In this document: positions 62,327 to 64,000 of the stretch, in pieces
Numbering within the stretch: position 1 is the first letter of the stretch
How the letters are laid out: every line of letters starts with the position of its first letter
Program-made: the position numbers and the translations under genes
DNA from: an uncultured delta proteobacterium
GTDB lineage: Bacteria > Desulfobacterota > RBG-13-43-22
Direction of reading: 5' to 3'
NCBI GenBank assembly: GCA_963790475.1
Contig: CAWBOS010000006.1
Coordinates: 64,001 to 128,000, forward strand
Length of the DNA: 64,000 nucleotides
The notes under the pieces: model-generated
The model's input: only the letters and a program-made list of their open reading frames with translations
Databases searched by the model: none
Told to the model about the DNA's origin: nothing

Positions 62327-64000
62327 TTAGGTATTTTTAGAGGATAACCATTCAGGTTCCAAGGGGAGGTTGAGGGTGAACGTAGAACCTTTTCCGATCT
62401 TGGATTGAACTTCCACGGTCCCCCCGTGAGATTCTATAATATGCTTGACAATAGCCAGCCCCAGCCCGGTTCCCCCCAATTGGCGGGATTGATCCCTGTC
62501 CACCCGATAGAAGCGTTCAAAGATCCGGGGAAGATGTTCCTTGGGAATGCCGATACCGGTGTCCGCCACCGAGATTTCGATGAAATCTCGGTGGAGTTCG
62601 GAGTTCGGAGTTCGGAGTTCGCCGATTTCATCTTTTCGCTGAACGCTGAACACTGAACGCTGAACGGGTTTCGCTGTCAGGTGAATTTGTCCCCCGGTCA
62701 GGGTATATTTAATGGCGTTATCCAGTACATTGACCAGGGCCTGCAGTACCCGATTCTTTTCCCAAAAAGCCGTTATTGCCTCGGGCAGATTTCCGATTTC
62801 CAGCTCAAGATTGATCATTTTCTCCTGGGCTTGGTCCTTGACCATCTTTACGGCACTCTCCAGAATCTCTTTGACCAATACCCTTTCAAAATTCTTCTTT
62901 GATTTTTCTTGTACATCCAGGTTAGCCAGATCCAGCATGTCTGATATTAATAGGCTAAGGCGGATAATCTCTTTACTAATCGAGATTAAACGTTCTCGAA
63001 CTTCAGGAGGATCGGCCGGAATCGAAGGAAGCAGGGTATTCAATTGTCCATTGATCGCCTTTAAAGGGGAACCTAATTCGTAGGAGGCATTGGCAACAAA
63101 ATCATGACGGACCCTTAACAGGTATTGCAGTTCGGTTGTATCGTGGAAAATAGCTACGGCCCGGGGTGGGCGATGATTTGAGGTCAAGGCCACGACCTGG
63201 ACCTCAAAATGTCGCTGAAGGTCGTGCCCGAAAAAAAGCTGCATCCGCCGAAAAGGGTCCCCTTTAAGGACGGCTTCTATGGCATCATGCAGTTCAGCAC
63301 TCATAAAGGCTTCCTGAACGGAGCGCTTTTTCCAGGAAACCTTGCCGCCCAAGACTTCATCTAAAAAGGGGTTGGTCAGGATGATCCGGCCTTTTTCATC
63401 AGTGACCAGCACCCCTTCCCGCATGGAGGAAAGCAGGGTTTTTAGTTCGCTGGTTTCGGTTTCCAGTAACTCCATTTTACCGGTCAGCCCGGCAGCCAGG
63501 GATTCCAGGGAAAGGGCCAACTCCTTTATCTCACTCTGGGTCAGAAGATGAAAGGGTTGTTTGAAATCTCCCTTATCCATTCTTTGGACCATGTCGGTCA
63601 GTTCCTGGAGAGGGCGCCCCATACCCTTGGTTAAAAGAAAACTAAGCCAAGCGGCCAGAAGGATGGTCAGTCCCCCCGCAAGATATAAGCCCCAGCGCTG
63701 GGAGGAAACGGCTTTTTCTATCTGATTAAGAGGAAGGGCTATGCGGACATAACCCAGGAGGGTTTCTTTATTCCTGATCGGGGCGGCTCCAAAGAGGATA
63801 TTCGACTTCATTTCAGGACTATAGCGAACGGTCTGGCCATATCCTTTGGTTTTCACGGCCAGGATCTCCGGGCTATTGGAGAAATCCTCTGCTTTATCCA
63901 CGAGCTCCCAGTTGAGAAGAGAATCCCCAATGACCCGGTCCTCTTTGGAAAGCAGGGTTACCCTTTGACCGAGATGGCGGCCTAATTGGTCGGTTAACTG
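62327..64000 (-). CDS. PhoR-like membrane sensor kinase (HAMP-PAS-DHp-HATPase) lacking the phospho-His; 5' end beyond the window
   Basis: Frame open to the window edge; TM, HAMP, PAS; H-box reads FVANASYELGSPL; N, G1, F, G2 boxes intact. Confidence 0.88.
   Translation of the reverse strand, partial: QLTDQLGRHLGQRVTLLSKEDRVIGDSLLNWELVDKAEDFSNSPEILAVKTKGYGQTVRYSPEMKSNILFGAAPIRNKETLLGYVRIALPLNQIEKAVSSQRWGLYLAGGLTILLAAWLSFLLTKGMGRPLQELTDMVQRMDKGDFKQPFHLLTQSEIKELALSLESLAAGLTGKMELLETETSELKTLLSSMREGVLVTDEKGRIILTNPFLDEVLGGKVSWKKRSVQEAFMSAELHDAIEAVLKGDPFRRMQLFFGHDLQRHFEVQVVALTSNHRPPRAVAIFHDTTELQYLLRVRHDFVANASYELGSPLKAINGQLNTLLPSIPADPPEVRERLISISKEIIRLSLLISDMLDLANLDVQEKSKKNFERVLVKEILESAVKMVKDQAQEKMINLELEIGNLPEAITAFWEKNRVLQALVNVLDNAIKYTLTGGQIHLTAKPVQRSVFSVQRKDEIGELRTPNSELHRDFIEISVADTGIGIPKEHLPRIFERFYRVDRDQSRQLGGTGLGLAIVKHIIESHGGTVEVQSKIGKGSTFTLNLPLEPEWLSSKNT
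62593..62666. repeat. Heptamer tandem repeats inserted in frame in the kinase ATPase domain
   Basis: GGAGTTC x4 (62593-62620) and CGCTGAA-type x4 (62637-62664). Confidence 0.85.

Overview
A 64 kb chromosomal window from what appears to be an anaerobic deltaproteobacterium (Desulfobacterota-like; inferred from gene content). It contains a rearranged origin-type neighbourhood: dnaN-gyrB-gyrA with no dnaA or recF, and parA-parB with a perfect parS about 35 kb away. Also present are RACo/AcsV and CooC accessory genes, a catabolic block (heteromeric acyl-CoA dehydrogenase pair, flavin oxidoreductase, phosphotriesterase-like protein, Dpp/Opp-type ABC importer, CoA ligases), and a defence island (type I R-M with two HsdS genes, RhuM, a RAYT with REPs, M48 peptidase, TA modules, Fic, and a BREX-3 deletion scar). 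The best candidate for an undescribed system is a 7-gene minus-strand operon (13095-20703). It joins a stand-alone NuoG-N/NuoE/NuoF diaphorase module to a xanthine-dehydrogenase-family molybdoenzyme whose large subunit has Arg-Cys where Mo-Cu CO dehydrogenases carry their Cu ligand, and whose 2Fe-2S subunit has a C2H2 zinc finger. Other notable features are an ISAs1/DUF4338 internal fragment bounded by a broken and an intact parS, a PhoR-like kinase with Tyr in place of the phospho-His, heptamer-repeat hairpins (one inserted in frame in a protein), and several deletion chimeras. All family assignments come from motifs recognised by eye; no database searches were run.
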